From NCBI RefSeq assembly GCF_003018115.1, contig NZ_CP027457.1: 64,000 bases of DNA. One strand, 5' to 3'. Origin of the DNA: Escherichia coli (GTDB taxonomy: Bacteria; Pseudomonadota; Gammaproteobacteria; Enterobacterales; Enterobacteriaceae). A program made the translations under genes and the position numbers. How positions within the stretch are numbered: position 1 is the stretch's first letter; every line of letters starts with the position of its first letter. The notes beneath the pieces are model-generated. The model searched no databases. It had not been told where the DNA came from and worked only from the letters and a program-made list of their open reading frames with translations. Positions 59,723-64,000 of this stretch are shown one piece after another.

Positions 59723-60487
59723 ATGAAATTGAATATCCGCGCGCAAACTGCACAAAACCAGCACAATAATTCTCCCATCGTTCTTGTCCACGGTCTGTTT
59801 GGCAGCCTCGACAACCTTGGCGTACTGGCTCGCGATCTGGTAAACGATCACAATATCATCCAGGTTGATATGCGTAACCACGGTCTTTCACCGAGAGATC
59901 CGGTGATGAATTACCCGGCGATGGCGCAGGATCTTGTTGATACCCTGGATGCACTGCAGATCGACAAAGCAACATTTATCGGTCACTCCATGGGCGGTAA
60001 AGCGGTAATGGCACTTACTGCACTGGCCCCCGATCGCATCGATAAACTGGTGGCGATCGATATCGCACCGGTCGACTATCACGTACGCCGTCATGATGAG
60101 ATTTTCGCGGCTATCAACGCGGTCAGTGAATCGGACGCACAAACTCGCCAGCAAGCAGCAGCAATAATGCGCCAGCATCTAAATGAAGAAGGGGTGATTC
60201 AGTTTCTGTTGAAATCTTTTGTTGACGGGGAGTGGCGTTTTAACGTGCCGGTATTGTGGGATCAGTATCCGCATATTGTGGGTTGGGAGAAAATCCCGGC
60301 ATGGGATCACCCTACCCTGTTTATCCCTGGTGGTAATTCTCCGTATGTTAGCGAGCAGTACCGTGATGATTTACTGGCACAATTTCCACAGGCACGGGCG
60401 CATGTGATTGCAGGCGCGGGTCACTGGGTCCATGCTGAAAAACCGGATGCGGTATTACGCGCTATCCGTCGCTATCTCAATGATTAA
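59723..60487 (+). CDS. ybfF: alpha/beta-hydrolase fold esterase, 254 aa
   Basis: GHSMGG nucleophile elbow and HGLFGS oxyanion region; synteny. Confidence 0.85.
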   Translation: MKLNIRAQTAQNQHNNSPIVLVHGLFGSLDNLGVLARDLVNDHNIIQVDMRNHGLSPRDPVMNYPAMAQDLVDTLDALQIDKATFIGHSMGGKAVMALTALAPDRIDKLVAIDIAPVDYHVRRHDEIFAAINAVSESDAQTRQQAAAIMRQHLNEEGVIQFLLKSFVDGEWRFNVPVLWDQYPHIVGWEKIPAWDHPTLFIPGGNSPYVSEQYRDDLLAQFPQARAHVIAGAGHWVHAEKPDAVLRAIRRYLND

Positions 60488-60626
60488 CGCAACTGATTAA
60501 AAACCCAGCGTCCGCGTCGCTTTCCGCGCGTGGGCGTTGGCGTGACTCATCGCGCTGATGTATTATGGCGCGCTATCCATCCGGGCAGAGGCCTGGCTGA
60601 TTGTTTCCCCCGAAGTCACCAAGATC

Positions 60627-60920
60627 ATGGCCAAAGAACAAACGGACCGTACGACATTAGATCTGTTCGCGCACGAGCGTCGACCGGGACGACCGAAAAC
60701 AAATCCGCTTTCGCGCGATGAACAGCTGCGTATTAATAAACGCAACCAACTAAAACGCGACAAAGTACGTGGCCTTAAGCGTGTCGAACTGAAGCTGAAC
60801 GCGGAAGCTGTCGAGGCGCTGAACGAGCTGGCGGAATCGCGCAATATGAGCCGTAGCGAACTGATCGAAGAGATGTTAATGCAGCAACTGGCGGCGCTGC
60901 GTAGTCAGGGCATCGTTTAA
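60627..60920 (+). CDS. ybfE: small CopG/ribbon-helix-helix-like protein (LexA-regulated), 97 aa
   Basis: Start at MAKEQTDRT inside the tracked ORF; synteny between ybfF and fldA. Confidence 0.7.
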   Translation: MAKEQTDRTTLDLFAHERRPGRPKTNPLSRDEQLRINKRNQLKRDKVRGLKRVELKLNAEAVEALNELAESRNMSRSELIEEMLMQQLAALRSQGIV

Positions 60921-61059
60921 ATTTCCACTTTCATGTAGCACAGTGTGCAGTCCTGCTCGTTTGCTGATTCCGCAAGACTGCCTGTTCTGCTATGATTGCC
61001 TTTATCCGTGGGCAATTTTCCACCCCCATTTCAATAAGTTTCAAGAGGTTATTTCACTC

Positions 61060-61590
61060 ATGGCTATCACTGGCATCTTTTTCGGCAGCGACACCGGTAA
61101 TACCGAAAATATCGCAAAAATGATTCAAAAACAGCTTGGTAAAGACGTTGCCGATGTCCATGACATTGCAAAAAGCAGCAAAGAAGATCTGGAAGCTTAT
61201 GACATTCTGCTGCTGGGCATCCCAACCTGGTATTACGGCGAAGCGCAGTGTGACTGGGATGACTTCTTCCCGACTCTCGAAGAGATTGATTTCAATGGCA
61301 AACTGGTTGCGCTGTTTGGTTGTGGTGACCAGGAAGATTACGCCGAATATTTCTGCGACGCATTGGGCACCATCCGCGACATCATTGAACCGCGCGGCGC
61401 AACCATCGTTGGTCACTGGCCAACTGCGGGCTATCATTTCGAAGCATCAAAAGGTCTGGCTGATGACGACCACTTTGTCGGTCTGGCTATCGACGAAGAC
61501 CGTCAGCCGGAACTGACCGCTGAACGTGTAGAAAAATGGGTTAAACAGATTTCTGAAGAGTTGCATCTCGACGAAATTCTCAATGCCTGA
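61060..61590 (+). CDS. fldA: flavodoxin 1, 176 aa
   Basis: [30 protein letters not shown]-binding N-terminus. Confidence 0.9.
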
Positions 61591-61795
61591 TGTGATGCGG
61601 CGTAGACTCATGTCTACGCCGTATTAATAGATAATGCCAATCAAAATAATTGCTACAAATTTGTAACTTTTGCTGTTGTACCTGTACAATGTCCCGGTGT
61701 TCAAGTGGCCTTGCCGTTGTAAATGTAAGCTGTGCCACGTTTTTATTAACAATATTTGCCAGGGACTTGTGGTTTTCATTTAGGCGTGGCAATTC

Positions 61796-61814
61796 TATAA
61801 TGATACGCATTATC
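61796..61814 (+). promoter_or_regulatory. Fur box TATAATGATACGCATTATC at the uof-fur promoter
   Basis: 19-bp AT-rich imperfect palindrome overlapping the uof start, matching the Fur operator as I remember it. Confidence 0.6.
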
Positions 61815-61886
61815 TCAAGAGCAAATTCTGTCACTTCTTCTAATGAAGTGAACCGCTTAGTAACAGGACAGATTCCGCATGACTGA
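61800..61886 (+). CDS. uof: upstream-of-fur leader peptide Uof, 28 aa
   Basis: MIRIISRANSVTSSNEVNRLVTGQIPHD at the end of tracked ORF 61650-61886; its stop overlaps the fur start region. Confidence 0.7.
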   Translation: MIRIISRANSVTSSNEVNRLVTGQIPHD

Positions 61887-62325
61887 TAACAATACCGCCC
61901 TAAAGAAAGCTGGCCTGAAAGTAACGCTTCCTCGTTTAAAAATCCTGGAAGTTCTTCAGGAGCCGGACAACCATCACGTCAGTGCGGAAGATTTATACAA
62001 ACGTCTGATCGATATGGGTGAAGAAATTGGTCTGGCTACGGTATATCGCGTACTGAACCAGTTTGACGACGCTGGTATCGTCACCCGCCACAATTTTGAA
62101 GGCGGTAAATCCGTATTTGAACTGACACAGCAACATCACCACGATCACCTGATCTGCCTCGACTGCGGCAAGGTTATCGAATTTAGTGATGATTCCATCG
62201 AAGCGCGTCAGCGTGAAATTGCCGCAAAACATGGCATTCGCCTGACTAACCACAGTCTCTATCTTTACGGTCACTGTGCCGAAGGCGATTGCCGCGAAGA
62301 TGAGCACGCGCACGAAGGCAAATAA
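61879..62325 (+). CDS. fur: ferric uptake regulator, 148 aa
   Basis: MTDNNTALKKAGLKVTLPRLKILEVLQEP and the C-terminal HHDHLICLDCGKVIEF metal site. Confidence 0.95.
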   Translation: MTDNNTALKKAGLKVTLPRLKILEVLQEPDNHHVSAEDLYKRLIDMGEEIGLATVYRVLNQFDDAGIVTRHNFEGGKSVFELTQQHHHDHLICLDCGKVIEFSDDSIEARQREIAAKHGIRLTNHSLYLYGHCAEGDCREDEHAHEGK

Positions 62326-62340
62326 GCCAGTCTGAACGAG

Positions 62341-62368
62341 AAAAGCCAACCTGCGGGTTGGCTTTTTT
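62341..62368. terminator. Rho-independent terminator after fur (AAAAGCCAACCTGCGGGTTGGCTTTTTT)
   Basis: Hairpin with flanking A- and T-runs read directly. Confidence 0.65.
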
Positions 62369-62408
62369 ATGCAAGGGAAATAAGAAAAGCGAGAGTTACA
62401 GCTCTCAC

Positions 62409-62735
62409 TTATTTGTTATTACTGCGAATTTCCTGCCAGACCTTATCACAATCGGCTTTCACCGCCTGATCATTTCCGGTTTGCGTTGCACGCAGACACT
62501 GCTGATAATCCAGTACGCGGACACTTTCCTGGTCGGCAAACTGCTGATGTTGTTTCTCTTTCTTCAGCACGTTTAACACGCTCTGGCAGGCTTCAATTTT
62601 TTCCGGCGAACCTTGTGCGGTGTTGATACAGGCGCTGTATGCCTCTTTCAGACGGCTGTCTTCCTGTGGTGCGGTTGATTGCGCACAAGCTACCAGCCCC
62701 GATGCCATCATAGCGATGAGAATCAGTTTTTTCAT
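62409..62735 (-). CDS. chiQ: lipoprotein, 108 aa
   Basis: Signal peptide ending in a lipobox (LVAC); directly downstream of chiP. Confidence 0.8.
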   Translation of the reverse strand: MKKLILIAMMASGLVACAQSTAPQEDSRLKEAYSACINTAQGSPEKIEACQSVLNVLKKEKQHQQFADQESVRVLDYQQCLRATQTGNDQAVKADCDKVWQEIRSNNK

Positions 62736-62784
62736 AGCAAATTCCTCAAACGTGCGGCAGGCACAAAACCTGCCGCGTCGGGCA

Positions 62785-64000
62785 TCAGAAGATGGTGAAT
62801 GGTGCGATTACCATAAATTTTACGTCACGCTCATCCTGGAAGATGTTGCCGTAACCACCGCCCCAGCTTGGGATGTCGGAGTGGTTGTCGTATTCGGTGA
62901 AGTGCAGTTTGAACATCGTGCCTTTGGCGCGACCGTCCTGAATGGTGTAGACCGCATCCAGGCTGTAGGCAGACTCTTCAATAGTCCGGTTTTTGTCGTA
63001 GTACGCATCCGGATTGCTCTGCCAGGTCGCAGGTTTAGCATCCCATGCGTAAACGTAGGAAGCGCCGATGGCGAAGCCTGGAAGATTCCAGTTTTTCAGG
63101 TCATACATCGCACCGAAGAAGACCGCTTTTTCGCCGTTGGCGTTGAAGTCAGAACGGTTATCCCACCAGATATCCAGGCGACCGTTTGAGGATGCGTAGG
63201 TCGGAGTCATACGTTGCAGGAAGTATCCCTGCTGACCGTCAGCTTTAACCCAGGTGCCTTCGAGACGCAAATCCACTACGTCAGCCGCCCGGTAACCAAA
63301 GGTCAACGCTTGCAGCCAGGCGGTGCCGTCATAAAGATCGTTGACGCTGCGATCGTCAACTTTATCGCGGGTACCGTAGAACTGGTAGCTGGTGGTTAAT
63401 GGGCTACCGGCGATATCAAATTTGTAGCTGGCTTTGGCAAAATATTGATCGATATACCCTCCTGCCTGACCAAATGCCGCTTCCAGTACGAAGTTATTTT
63501 TGAAGTCGTATTTCGCCCCAAGGGAGTGCAGATAATCAACTTTGGTGGTTTTATCGTTCTGATAAAACTCATCCATTTCCAGATGCCACGGTGCTTTGTA
63601 TTCGTTGGTCCACATGTAGGAGAAACTCAACGCACCAGCATCGCCGTAATCAAAATTCGCTCCGGCTTCCGCCCCCTGATAAGTACCCGGCATAAAGCTC
63701 CAGTGAGGCGCTAACAGCGTCTGACCGGTTGGCTGAATATAACCTGCCCTCGCCCAAACCGGACCGTATTTAAATTTGGCCGCAGCTTTATACAGGCTTA
63801 TACCGCTTTTGTCGCCGGACCAGTCTTCGTCATAGGCTTTATTACTTTTTGAAAACGCGATTTCGTTCGGGTGAGAGCTGTCGCCGTTTTCCGCCATTTC
63901 AATCGCCGTAAACGCAGCAATATCAAGGCCGAACATATCAGCAGCATAACCGGACTGAAAATCGAGGTTGGCATTCCAGGTGGAGTGAGAAAGGTTGGTT
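62785..64000 (-). CDS. chiP: chitoporin (outer-membrane porin), C-terminal ~400 codons; 5' end lies outside the window
   Basis: Beta-barrel-like sequence ending in a C-terminal F; tracked ORF 62785-63936 continues open to the window edge; synteny with chiQ. Confidence 0.85.
   Translation of the reverse strand, partial: TNLSHSTWNANLDFQSGYAADMFGLDIAAFTAIEMAENGDSSHPNEIAFSKSNKAYDEDWSGDKSGISLYKAAAKFKYGPVWARAGYIQPTGQTLLAPHWSFMPGTYQGAEAGANFDYGDAGALSFSYMWTNEYKAPWHLEMDEFYQNDKTTKVDYLHSLGAKYDFKNNFVLEAAFGQAGGYIDQYFAKASYKFDIAGSPLTTSYQFYGTRDKVDDRSVNDLYDGTAWLQALTFGYRAADVVDLRLEGTWVKADGQQGYFLQRMTPTYASSNGRLDIWWDNRSDFNANGEKAVFFGAMYDLKNWNLPGFAIGASYVYAWDAKPATWQSNPDAYYDKNRTIEESAYSLDAVYTIQDGRAKGTMFKLHFTEYDNHSDIPSWGGGYGNIFQDERDVKFMVIAPFTIF

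Overview
This window reads as an Escherichia coli chromosomal segment. All calls were made by eye from the six-frame track and the raw sequence; no searches were run, and family names come from memory of conserved motifs. Coordinates of non-ORF features are approximate (about +/-10 bp). Most of the window is core genome, in the gene order I remember for E. coli K-12 but inverted: mngB-mngA/mngR, sucDCBA and sdhBADC on the minus strand, gltA, the cryptic ybgD-ybgQ-ybgP-ybgO chaperone-usher operon, abrB, nei, pxpABC-ybgI, dtpD, phr-ybgA, an H-repeat element, an rhsC-type Rhs toxin locus, ybfA, kdpFABC-kdpDE, pgm, seqA, ybfF, ybfE, fldA, uof-fur, chiQ and the 3' part of chiP. Bases 1-9420, left of mngB, are an accessory island. 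It carries methylaspartate-pathway genes (methylaspartase, a class I fumarase paralog that is a candidate mesaconase, a BtuR/CobA paralog, a DAACS transporter, a LysR regulator), two translationally coupled ORFs of unknown function, and a solitary RtcB-family ligase homolog with no canonical start codon for its conserved N-terminal region. The best candidates for something undescribed are the two unknown ORFs inside the methylaspartate operon, the Rhs C-terminal toxin of unrecognised family with its signal-peptide-bearing immunity candidate, and the RtcB homolog. Also noted: a degenerate orphan toxin/immunity remnant, REP clusters, an SdhX-type sRNA in the sucD 3' UTR, the small ORFs kdpF and uof, a Fur box and a KdpE site. 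No CRISPR array, tRNA or rRNA was seen.
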